Source of the DNA: Phototrophicaceae bacterium
Lineage (GTDB): Bacteria > Chloroflexota > Anaerolineae > Aggregatilineales > Phototrophicaceae
NCBI GenBank assembly: GCA_965221275.1
Contig: OZ244875.1
Span: forward strand, 2,704,623-2,768,622
DNA: 64,000 nt
Direction of reading: 5' to 3'
Part shown: positions 9,301 to 17,169 of the stretch, piece after piece
Layout: every line of letters starts with the position of its first letter
How positions within the stretch are numbered: position 1 is the stretch's first letter
The notes under the pieces: generated by a model
What the model was told of the DNA's origin: nothing
Databases searched by the model: none
Seen by the model: the letters and a program-made list of their open reading frames with translations, nothing else
Made by a program: the position numbers and the translations under genes

Positions 9301-10335
9301 TGTCTGCCCGGTGGATAGAATCAGAAATTTGTGCTTGGGGCTAGCGTCAATCCAATTGGAAACGCTGCTGACCAAGGCTGGATAATCAGCGCAGAAGACA
9401 TTCCAATTGTCCAGCACAAACAAAGCGCGATGCGTCTCCAACCAATGTTGCCAGAAAGAAAGCAGGGACCACTGCGCTTCGATGAAGGCCTCGAGTGAAT
9501 GGTGCTGCTCATCCCAGTGCGCCAAGTCAAGCCAGATCGGCAGGGCGGCTCCCTCGTCGTGTATGGCAGCTTGCGCCTGTGCCAGCGCCAACAAGCGGGC
9601 GAAGAAAGTCTTGCCGCTGCCGCTATCGCCGCGGATGATGAATTGTGGCTCAGCCTCCGCCCATTGCAGCAGGTCTTCCACTGGCAGAGCATTGCCCGCT
9701 TTCAAGCCCGTGAAATCCCAGCCCTGCAAGAATCGGGTTTGATACAAGCGCGGACGTATGTCCTTGTTGCCGGATATATCGCTGTTCCGCATAGTTGCCC
9801 ATGAAGTTGGCATCTTCGCCAGCGACAGCTCGGTCTCCTCGATGAAACCGCGCAGATAGTCGAGGCGTTCGCCCGTCTGCAAAACCGATGCCGATTCCGG
9901 TATCCGGCTCAGCAAATTCTCCACGCTATGATCATCGGGATTCTCAAACCAGCGGCGAAAGTCGATCCAGTCGTCAAAGGGGAAATCGGCGATCAGTTCG
10001 GTCGAGAAATCGCGGGGGATAACCGCGGTAATCGCTATATCACGAGCTTTGAAGTGGTCAAATTCGGCGCGGCAATAAGGCGAACGCAGGTAATCATCCG
10101 ATACGACCACAATGGCGCCAGTCGCCTGGTTTCGCAGCTGGCGGATCTTGCCCTCCCAATCTTCGTTAGGTCCTATTTCGAAGCGATCGAGCCAGACATT
10201 GCGATAGTAGCGAAGCAACAGGTTGGCGAGCCGGAAGGCGTAGCTCATATCGATGTTATGATAGGAAAGATAAACCAAGCTCTCGTTGATCACGGAACCT
10301 CTTGCGGTTGGACTATTCGATTTCCTATGTTCCAA
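6340..10335 (-). CDS. TIR - STAND/NACHT-like P-loop NTPase - HEAT-repeat protein (1331 aa). First gene of the operon.
   Basis: TIR: LVYLSYHNID...AIVVVSDDYLRSPYCRAEF, with the conserved Glu codon at 10063-10065. Walker A GDSGSGKT (nt 9607-9630, verified). Walker-B-like ALFVLDNW. The C-terminal ~650 aa carry many PBS-lyase/HEAT-like repeats (e.g. DDNWSVRWAVAEALAMLRNREAIPYLSEGLNDPSWIVQVAVVRSLVELG). The track start is TTG 10335. GTG at 10293 preceded by AAGAGG is an alternative. Confidence 0.85.
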   Translation of the reverse strand: MEHRKSNSPTARGSVINESLVYLSYHNIDMSYAFRLANLLLRYYRNVWLDRFEIGPNEDWEGKIRQLRNQATGAIVVVSDDYLRSPYCRAEFDHFKARDIAITAVIPRDFSTELIADFPFDDWIDFRRWFENPDDHSVENLLSRIPESASVLQTGERLDYLRGFIEETELSLAKMPTSWATMRNSDISGNKDIRPRLYQTRFLQGWDFTGLKAGNALPVEDLLQWAEAEPQFIIRGDSGSGKTFFARLLALAQAQAAIHDEGAALPIWLDLAHWDEQHHSLEAFIEAQWSLLSFWQHWLETHRALFVLDNWNVFCADYPALVSSVSNWIDASPKHKFLILSTGQTNAEPSLPVLETKALTTALAQKFASGYLTLEQQNSFRQLLRQKRPLIENSQLDYLSIGLELLANDRSLAFSQWQKNPLPALIAMRSRQLPSAFRGLRTEQVLKFLQALAWSMMLQDNHRFLPRNSASLQGADAGIIDCALELGIVSIEHEKLHFTSEIFQSYLAIENLKKDGMAKYLTSPEFSALGGRRRQKWDSLALLVVDSLTEENRLRAIDRIVDIDPFVANMCLQRHPELYGSYQQRLIAKLVQLCAQNPTAQNAFREAVRNLPKPDITADLLIQQLGHYDNPKQLWLWHEIRALPLELPIDFIETVAEIDRNSPASEIDQLAGYPLSLSVAYLLKLSQDQDLRLRRNAIWILGELKYLPTALPLLNCLEEDWHDDDRGEIVLALMKYAYSDILTRVLHWSQDNPQHRSVVIEALAEQKRLVSSQLLALADAGRLTLNPEFYEIVVNTAESDIALGLARVAAQQVDLPDMIQMALLGKKNSNELQHLLAGAIKHLPNREGFQQLLSAIERVLEDPPEPTIIAGSNLEALVYGEPLFDKSSVAAAPTSALPVELLEQLHHSDWQQRHRALNRLIDYPTAAILPLLLEATNDDDKSLRLAAYEMLCQFEGEPAAQKAVIAALSDPDQEIVAAIIDLLKTATAVDYEALIDLLDSDNARTVAAAISILGDAQYQPATAELRQLLDDGRRASDDDISLSRHARAALDAIANAEPRLEESISASDAESSRDTEQSRDAFSDEEKITRTLEVLRDDDWGRTQKAAKFLRKFAKYLRGRDNLRIMRLLCSSLSDDNWSVRWAVAEALAMLRNREAIPYLSEGLNDPSWIVQVAVVRSLVELGAVDSVDRMMPLLQSSQKAVREATVEALGELQYEGAIPMLSETLKRDPDGFVRLAALKAICQIKPTDVRSQLEYALSDGYLHLRWYAMKQLAPDMDETDLPLLQQLLHDDAKPSWEEESLRDLAIQALRRIDSDACRALLLAAEKQNAL

Positions 10336-10414
10336 TTATACTGTCAGCCGGCAAGCCTTCAATCAAATATCAGTGGCAATCTTTGAAGTTTGCGCTACGA
10401 GAGGGTGGCTTGGC

Positions 10415-11353
10415 ATGCTGGGATCACATTCAGGGATCTGGCGCGGCACAATATATGGCATAACGGCTGCCAGCATTTGGGGCGGCATGTATGTAGTATC
10501 TGATGTCGTCTTGTTGGTATTGCCGCCTTTTACTTTGTTGAGCCTGCGTATTGCCCTCGGCTTGCTTGTCTTGCTGCCAATCGCGAAAGCCAGAGGCTAC
10601 ACCGTCCCCGGGGGTGCAATCCGCTGGCATTTGCTCGCTGTCGGCGTGATTGGGCTTGGCATCAGCCTGGGCGCGCAATTCGTCGGTACCGACTTGTCGA
10701 CCGCGGTCAATGGCGTCCTGGTCACCAGCGCTTCGCCGGCTTTTGTCGTTCTCTTCGCTTTGATTATCCTGCGGGAAAAATTGACAATTCGCAATGCCGC
10801 CGCCGTTCTGCTGGCTAGCGCGGGTGTATTGGTTATTCTCGACCCTAGGACTGCCGATTTTGGGTCTACAACGTTCGTCGGCGATATTTTTCTGGCGCTG
10901 GCCGCCATCACTTGGGGATTGTATTCGGTCTTGGTGCGGCAAGTTTCGCAACGCTATCAGCTCGCTACCTTGAGCGTGACAGTCCATGCCTTGGTTGGCG
11001 GTTTCTTGATCTCGCTTCCAATCAGCCTGCTGGAGTTAGCGCAGCGTCCCATCGGCAACCTAGACTTCGGCATCGTTCTGGGGATCCTTTACTTGGGCTT
11101 GGTATCCACGGCTTTTGCGTTGCTGCTTTGGAACCGCGCTTTTGCCTTGGTCCCTGCGACTGTGGCATCGCTGTTCTTTTTCGCTCAACCTTTGGCCGGC
11201 GCTATCTTAGCCGCAATCTTCCTGGGGCAAAGAATGACCGCCAACCTATGGCTTGGTGCGGCGTTAATTGCGCTGGGAGTGCTGCTCTCAATTCTCTCTC
11301 GCCTCGCTCTACCACTGACAAGGACAAGACCATTCACAGCTGAAGCCAATTGA
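10415..11353 (+). CDS. EamA/DMT-family transporter (10 TM)
   Basis: Two EamA-like halves rich in TM helices (GITAASIWGGMYVVSD..., ...ITWGLYSVLVRQ...). I chose ATG 10415, preceded by GAGGGTGG. The track ORF starts at 10286 and would overlap the divergent gene. Confidence 0.8.
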   Translation: MLGSHSGIWRGTIYGITAASIWGGMYVVSDVVLLVLPPFTLLSLRIALGLLVLLPIAKARGYTVPGGAIRWHLLAVGVIGLGISLGAQFVGTDLSTAVNGVLVTSASPAFVVLFALIILREKLTIRNAAAVLLASAGVLVILDPRTADFGSTTFVGDIFLALAAITWGLYSVLVRQVSQRYQLATLSVTVHALVGGFLISLPISLLELAQRPIGNLDFGIVLGILYLGLVSTAFALLLWNRAFALVPATVASLFFFAQPLAGAILAAIFLGQRMTANLWLGAALIALGVLLSILSRLALPLTRTRPFTAEAN

Positions 11354-11377
11354 TTTCTGTGTGAGTGAGCTGATCGG

Positions 11378-12538
11378 TCAAAAGAGAGAGGGCTCAGCCG
11401 AAAGCAATTCCTTCGCTTCCCGCGCCATCTTCAGCAAGCGAAAATGCCGAACCTCGGCGAAGAACTCCGCGATTACTTCGAGGCTGTTGTTATCATGCGT
11501 GCGCATTAGCCCCTCTTGGTTCGCTTCGTCGATCAAGTTGTTGATATCTTGCTTGACGCCAGCCAAGCCTCGTAGCGTCATGCCACAGGTGTAACCCAGG
11601 CGCGCCAGCTTTTCATCGCCTTGCCAACCAGCTTCTCGCAAGCCCGCGATATAGCCAGCGAAAACCGCCTGATCAACCTGTTCAGCGTATTCTTGTGAGA
11701 AGCCAGCGTAATGCAAGCTGACCGCCACCAGAGCCACCAAGTCCTCCCCAATGGCTCCCTGCCCGCAAACCGCCCAATCCAGCAGGACAATGTCATTCTC
11801 ACGATGTAATACATTGCGGCGGAAGGCATCAATATGGCAGAGCGTTTTCGGCAGCTTCGCCAGCGCCTGACGATATATCTCCCGCTCTTGCCAGATCGTT
11901 TTGATCTCAGCTGCGGCGGCAATCGGCAGCGTCAGTTGAACCAGCGAATGCTCCAGCAATTGATCCAGGCTCTCAAGGGTGTCTGCCAGCTCGGGTACGA
12001 TCGCGCTATGCCAATTGTGAGTCAGCCAATGATAATCGGGCAGGGCAAGCGCCGCCAGCCAGGCGCCGTTAAAGCGGCCGAGACGCAAGCCGATATTTTC
12101 ATAATCTGCCAGCGACCAACTCTCCTTGTGATCATCGATGTCTTCCATCCAGATCCAACAGCTGTCGCCAAAGTCTTGCAAAGCGAAAATGCGTGGTGTC
12201 ACGAAGCTGCCGGCTGGCATGCTATCTATTATGCCAGATCGATAGACCTCATATTCCCGTTTCCAATAATAGGGAGACTGTTCATTCTCATTCGGGCGTT
12301 GGTAGAGGATCTTTAATATCAGCGAACAAGGCTGCTCTGTCGTAGTACGCAAAGTAAAGCGATAAAGCGCTGTACCACCTATGGCGCCACCGAAGCCCCC
12401 ATAGACCGGCGCATACTCCCAAGACAGAACTTCCGCCCCCGCATCAGCCAGAGCAATGCGAGCCACCGCGGTCAACTGACTGCTTGATAGGGAGTCCAGC
12501 CGGTCTTGTGTAACGGTGTTTTGCGGGTTTGGAAACAT
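11378..12538 (-). CDS. Phosphotransferase-family protein (APH / choline-kinase-like kinase fold)
   Basis: 386 aa. Catalytic-loop-like CHIDAFRRNVL (HxDxxxxN) and DWAVCGQGAIGEDL (DxD-like metal-binding region). Confidence 0.6.
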   Translation of the reverse strand: MFPNPQNTVTQDRLDSLSSSQLTAVARIALADAGAEVLSWEYAPVYGGFGGAIGGTALYRFTLRTTTEQPCSLILKILYQRPNENEQSPYYWKREYEVYRSGIIDSMPAGSFVTPRIFALQDFGDSCWIWMEDIDDHKESWSLADYENIGLRLGRFNGAWLAALALPDYHWLTHNWHSAIVPELADTLESLDQLLEHSLVQLTLPIAAAAEIKTIWQEREIYRQALAKLPKTLCHIDAFRRNVLHRENDIVLLDWAVCGQGAIGEDLVALVAVSLHYAGFSQEYAEQVDQAVFAGYIAGLREAGWQGDEKLARLGYTCGMTLRGLAGVKQDINNLIDEANQEGLMRTHDNNSLEVIAEFFAEVRHFRLLKMAREAKELLSAEPSLF

Positions 12539-12543
12539 GCGCT

Positions 12544-13254
12544 CTAGTCAATGCCGAGGTAGGTCTTCTGTACGGTCTCGTTTTCTCGCAGGTTGGCGGC
12601 ACTATCGCTGATAGCGACCTCACCACTCTGCAATACATAACCGCGATCCGCGATTTGTAGAGCCATGTGGGCATTCTGTTCGACCAGCAAGATCGTCACG
12701 CCTTCGTTCGCGATCCGCTGCACGGTATCGAAGACCCCATCCACCAGTACCGGCGCCAAACCCATCGATGGTTCATCCAGCAATAGCAATCGTGGCTTTG
12801 CCATTAACGCTCGTGCGATAGCTAACATCTGTTGCTCGCCGCCGCTCAGCGTGCCCGCTAGCTGCTTCTTGCGCTCTTCCAGCCGGGGGAACATTTCATA
12901 AGCGTTTCGCAGGTCTGCATTGATCGTGTTGTCGCGCCGCGTATAAGCGCCCATATCGAGATTCTCTTCCACTGTTAGTTTTGCGAAGACACCACGCCCC
13001 TCTGGCACCATGGAGATCCCTTTGGAGACCAGCATGTCCGCGCGTTCATGGGAGATCGCCTCCCCATCATAAAGGACTCTGCCTTCACGCGGTTGCATCA
13101 AACCAGAAATCGTGCGCAGGGTGGTCGTCTTGCCCGCGCCATTGGAGCCGATGAGGGCGATGATTTCGCCACTGTCCACTTCAAATGAGACGCCTTTGAG
13201 CGCGTGAATATTGCCGTAATAGGTATGAATGTCTTTGACTTCCAGGAGTGCCAT
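12544..13254 (-). CDS. livF: Branched-chain amino acid ABC transporter, ATP-binding protein (LivF type)
   Basis: 236 aa. Walker A GSNGAGKTT, signature LSGGEQQML, Walker B LLLLDEPS. It lies in a Liv-like operon. Confidence 0.9.
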   Translation of the reverse strand: MALLEVKDIHTYYGNIHALKGVSFEVDSGEIIALIGSNGAGKTTTLRTISGLMQPREGRVLYDGEAISHERADMLVSKGISMVPEGRGVFAKLTVEENLDMGAYTRRDNTINADLRNAYEMFPRLEERKKQLAGTLSGGEQQMLAIARALMAKPRLLLLDEPSMGLAPVLVDGVFDTVQRIANEGVTILLVEQNAHMALQIADRGYVLQSGEVAISDSAANLRENETVQKTYLGID

Positions 13255-13273
13255 ATCAGCTAACCATCTTCGT

Positions 13274-14101
13274 TCAGTTTTCCAGATTGACGTTGTTGTT
13301 GGCTGCCGCGCCCCGCCCCAGATAAGCCTCGATCACATCGGGATTGGTCTGAATATCCGCTGGCAGCCCTTCAGCGATCTTACGCCCATAATCGAGTACG
13401 GTGATATGCTCCGAGATATCCATCACCACGCGCATATCATGCTCGATCAAGACAACAGTAATGCCCAATTCATCGCGCAGGCGGCGAATGAAATCGGTAG
13501 TCTCGATGGTCTCGCGCGGGTTCATGCCGGCTGTCGGTTCATCGAGCAAGATGAGCTTGGGCTTGCTGGCCAGCGCCCGCCCGATTTCCAGCCGCCGCTG
13601 ATCGCCATAAGCCAGGTTCTTGGAAAGCATATCGCCTTTGCCTTCGAGACCGACAAAATAGAGCAATTCGCGAGCGCGCTCTTCGGTAAGGGCATCTTCA
13701 TCCCGGGTTGATGGCAAACCAAGAATCGCGCCGATCCAGGTTGATTTCAGGTGAGGTTCTTGCCCCACCATAATATTCTCGATCGCTGACATATTGCTGA
13801 ATAGCCGGATATTTTGGAAGGTCCGCGCGATGCCTGCCCGTGTGATTTGGTCGGGGGATTTGCCGTTAATGCGGGTTCCATCGAAGCGGATTTCGCCTTC
13901 ATCGATCTGGTAGAATCCGGTGATGCAATTGAAGAAGGTGGTCTTGCCAGCGCCGTTAGGACCGATGATGCTGGCGATAGCGTCTTCCGGGATATAAAAA
14001 TCGAGATTGTCCACGGCGACCAATCCACTAAAGCGCTTGGTCATGCCCGTCGCTTCCAGAATTCGCTTCGGCTTCTGTTCTTTGTTGTTTTCTGCCGCCA
14101 T
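13274..14101 (-). CDS. livG: Branched-chain amino acid ABC transporter, ATP-binding protein (LivG type)
   Basis: 275 aa. Walker A GPNGAGKTT, LAYGDQRRLEIGRAL, LILLDEPTAGMNP. Confidence 0.9.
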   Translation of the reverse strand: MAAENNKEQKPKRILEATGMTKRFSGLVAVDNLDFYIPEDAIASIIGPNGAGKTTFFNCITGFYQIDEGEIRFDGTRINGKSPDQITRAGIARTFQNIRLFSNMSAIENIMVGQEPHLKSTWIGAILGLPSTRDEDALTEERARELLYFVGLEGKGDMLSKNLAYGDQRRLEIGRALASKPKLILLDEPTAGMNPRETIETTDFIRRLRDELGITVVLIEHDMRVVMDISEHITVLDYGRKIAEGLPADIQTNPDVIEAYLGRGAAANNNVNLEN

Positions 14102-14121
14102 GACAGCGCCCCTCCGCTACG

Positions 14122-16005
14122 CTATTGAGCCGGGCTCATTTTTGTTTTGACACCGGTCCGGGTTTCATGCATCACCAACTTGGACGGGATAAAGCCCTGT
14201 GGGCGTTTGATCATCATCAAGATCAACAGCGCGCCATACATCAAGAAGCGAAAATCGGAAAACTCGCGTAATAATTCTGGCATGCCAATTAGCACGACAG
14301 CGCCAATGACGACGCCGGGATTGCTGGCGATGCCGCCAACGATAATCAAGCTCAACACATTGATCGAGATGAACACGGTGAAACTATTGGGGAAGACGGT
14401 GCCCACTTTGGCCGCAAAGATCGCCCCTGCTACACCGCCGGTGGCCGCGCTCAGCGTGAAGGCCAGCAACTTGGCGCGCGCCGTATCAATGCCCATGGCG
14501 GTGGCGACATCTTCGTCCTCGCGTATCGCCATCCATTGGCGCCCAGTGCGAGAATTGTTCAGCCGTATCGAAACAAACAAAGTGACTAAACAGGCGACCA
14601 GCACAATATAATAGAGTTGCTCCGGGTTCTTGAGCTCCGTGCCCAGGAAGATAGGTTTGGGGATTGCCTGAACACCTTGCGCCCCGCCGATCAGCGGTTT
14701 CAACCAGTCAGAGATTGCCAGCTTGCCAATAATCTCGCCAAAGCCCAGGGTGGCAATTGCCAAGTAATCGCCGCGCATCCGCAAAACCGGGACCGCGAAG
14801 ATAAAACCGGCGAACATTGCTGCCAGCAAAGCGATGGGAATAACCATCCAAAAAGTGAAGCTGCCCTTCATCAAGCCCAGTGGTCCCAAAGATGTCAAAA
14901 CTGCCAGAATATAAGCGCCGACCGCGTAATTGGTCACATAACCCAAATCCAGCAAACCCGCCAAGCCAATCGCGATGTTCAAGCCCAGCCCCATCAAGAC
15001 AAAGAGGCCGATGGTCACCGCCACATCACTCAAGGTGCGCCCGATCAGCCAGGGCAGCATCAATAGAATGGCGGCAAGAATCAGCATGCCGATCCCGTTC
15101 ACCCGGCGCCGTTGCCCGCTTTCCATATTGCTGAAGCCTGCTCGGGCACGTTCACCAAACATCGCCCAGAGGAAACCGGCCACTGTGCTGACCAGGAAAA
15201 GCAAGATCGCGGCATTCTGTCTCAATGTGTCGCGCTGGAAAATTTCTCGCAGCGTATCTCGATCGAGGTTCTCTTGCAGCACCAGGCGCACGGTCTCACC
15301 AAATGCGCCGACCAGCAAGGTCACGCCCAAGCCGTATAACAAGGCGCGACGTGGGATACTAGGTATCACATAAAAAACTGCGCCGACCACACCAGCCGCT
15401 ATCGATGCGAAGCAGAACGTCAAGATCCCGGTCAGGAGTTCTCTGCGATTGTCAAAAGTGATGACTTCCACCCAGTCGCGGTTGATATGCACCAACACCG
15501 AGCGCAGGTCGCCCTTGACTTCAAAGATTAGCGCCAGTGAAAAAGTCACTATCCCCAATAACAGCGCGATCAATAACCAGCTGCCACCCACAACTATAGT
15601 CTCAGCGCCGTTACGATACGATCGCCAAGCAAAGTAGCTGGCGACAATCAAAGGGATCAGCCGCAGCGTAATACCCAGCAAAAAGCGGTATTCGTCAGAA
15701 TTGAATAGCAGCAGAATCACGCTGGGCATCGCGGTCAATAGGCTCACGATCACCGCAGCAAGCAATGTTGTCAGGATTGTTGTGTTGCCACCGCGGGTCT
15801 CGCTCAACCGATCTGCCATCATGAAAGCTGTGACAAATGGGGCGAGCAGCAAGATCAACTGTCCAAGCGTGATGAAGTCTTTCACCACTTCCCGTTCGTG
15901 GAAAGCGGCGATCATGCCCACTGCTCCGGTATAGAGAATGAATGCGCCGGAGAGCAAACCCAGGGAAATGACCGTTCTCGCAGTCTGCGATTTGAGCAAA
16001 TTCAT
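14122..16005 (-). CDS. livM: Branched-chain amino acid ABC transporter permease (LivM type) with a long N-terminal multi-TM extension
   Basis: 627 aa. The C-terminal ~330 aa match the LivM core (GLNIAIGLAGLLDLGYV..., ...LMYGALLILMMIKRPQG). The N-terminal ~295 aa are extra TM segments. Confidence 0.85.
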   Translation of the reverse strand: MNLLKSQTARTVISLGLLSGAFILYTGAVGMIAAFHEREVVKDFITLGQLILLLAPFVTAFMMADRLSETRGGNTTILTTLLAAVIVSLLTAMPSVILLLFNSDEYRFLLGITLRLIPLIVASYFAWRSYRNGAETIVVGGSWLLIALLLGIVTFSLALIFEVKGDLRSVLVHINRDWVEVITFDNRRELLTGILTFCFASIAAGVVGAVFYVIPSIPRRALLYGLGVTLLVGAFGETVRLVLQENLDRDTLREIFQRDTLRQNAAILLFLVSTVAGFLWAMFGERARAGFSNMESGQRRRVNGIGMLILAAILLMLPWLIGRTLSDVAVTIGLFVLMGLGLNIAIGLAGLLDLGYVTNYAVGAYILAVLTSLGPLGLMKGSFTFWMVIPIALLAAMFAGFIFAVPVLRMRGDYLAIATLGFGEIIGKLAISDWLKPLIGGAQGVQAIPKPIFLGTELKNPEQLYYIVLVACLVTLFVSIRLNNSRTGRQWMAIREDEDVATAMGIDTARAKLLAFTLSAATGGVAGAIFAAKVGTVFPNSFTVFISINVLSLIIVGGIASNPGVVIGAVVLIGMPELLREFSDFRFLMYGALLILMMIKRPQGFIPSKLVMHETRTGVKTKMSPAQ

Positions 16006-16015
16006 AGCGCCCCTC

Positions 16016-17095
16016 CTAGGCTTTCTTCTCGGACAGGCGTTCGCCCAGGATGCCTTGGGGGCGGAAGATCAGCACCAATACCAGCATGGTGAAGGCGATC
16101 ACATCTTTGAGTTGGTTGGCGCCGGGAATGCCCAAACCCGCCAAGACCAGGTTTGGTCCCATAGCTTCGATCACGCCGAGGAACAAGCCACCCAGCATCG
16201 CGCCGGGAATATTGCCGATGCCCCCAAGCACCGCCGCCGTGAAAGCTTTGATGCCCGGTATGAAACCCATGAAGAAATTGACCCCCTGTGGACGGAAGAG
16301 CCCATTAATCACACCAGCCGAACCAGCAAGAAAGCCCCCAACGCCGAAGGTGAAGAGGATGACCCAATCGATGTCGATGCCCATCAAACGGGCAACTTCC
16401 TTGTTTTCCGAAACAGCGCGCATGGCTTTGCCGACCCGCGTCCGCTCCACCAACCAATAGAGGCAGAGCATCAAAAGCAAAGCCGAGCAGAACACAAAAA
16501 TCTGCACCACCGGGATGTTGATATTACCGATTTCGATCACGCCTTGTAGCGCCTGGACTTGCGGATAAGCTTTGAAGCCGGAGCCGTACAAGCCGCGAAA
16601 GGTATATTGCAAAAAGAAGGACGCGCCGATGGCGGTAATCAGCGGTACCAGGCGGGGACTGCCGCGCAAGGGGCGATAGGCAAGGCGCTCGACCAAGATC
16701 GCCACTGTCATCGAAATCAAGCCGGCGAACATGATCATCAGTAAAATCGCCAACAAGGGCTGTTCGTTGAGGAAGCCCGTTCGATTTAGCGCCTCAGCCA
16801 GAAAAACTGTCGAGAAAGCGCCAGCCATGAACACCTCGCCATGAGCGAAATTGATCATGAGCAGGATGCCATATACCAGCGTGTACCCAAGGGCGATCAG
16901 CGCGTAGATGCTGCCTTGTGACAAGCCAGCGATGAAGAGGTTGACCCACTGCGCAAAGGTGATACGCCCCGAAGAGAGTGTGTTCCAGGCGCCGACAACA
17001 ACGGCTAATACAATGACGATGCGTAGCACATCAATCGTGAAATCGACCCAGGAAAAATCATCTTTGTTGAATTTGAACATAAGCGCAACCGTCAA
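16016..17095 (-). CDS. livH: Branched-chain amino acid ABC transporter permease (LivH type)
   Basis: 359 aa. GSIYALIALGYTLVYGILLMINFAHGEVFM is the LivH hallmark. Confidence 0.9.
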   Translation of the reverse strand: MTVALMFKFNKDDFSWVDFTIDVLRIVIVLAVVVGAWNTLSSGRITFAQWVNLFIAGLSQGSIYALIALGYTLVYGILLMINFAHGEVFMAGAFSTVFLAEALNRTGFLNEQPLLAILLMIMFAGLISMTVAILVERLAYRPLRGSPRLVPLITAIGASFFLQYTFRGLYGSGFKAYPQVQALQGVIEIGNINIPVVQIFVFCSALLLMLCLYWLVERTRVGKAMRAVSENKEVARLMGIDIDWVILFTFGVGGFLAGSAGVINGLFRPQGVNFFMGFIPGIKAFTAAVLGGIGNIPGAMLGGLFLGVIEAMGPNLVLAGLGIPGANQLKDVIAFTMLVLVLIFRPQGILGERLSEKKA

Positions 17096-17169
17096 GCTAA
17101 GTCGGCAAAATGAAGTCCCAAGAATAAATTCATTTTGAAATGACTAGTGTCAAATTTAGGGTAGAACAG

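Noticed and set aside
1499-10414. Idea that the TIR/STAND cluster is a mobile genomic island
   Set aside because: There is no flanking integrase, tRNA or obvious direct repeats. The flanks are ordinary genes (a PQQ dehydrogenase and an EamA transporter). I could not compute GC skew or codon bias, so this remains unsupported rather than disproved.
10430-10987. 185-aa minus-strand ORF antisense to the EamA transporter
   Set aside because: Its translation is hydrophilic and low-complexity, and it lies opposite a clear 10-TM transporter.
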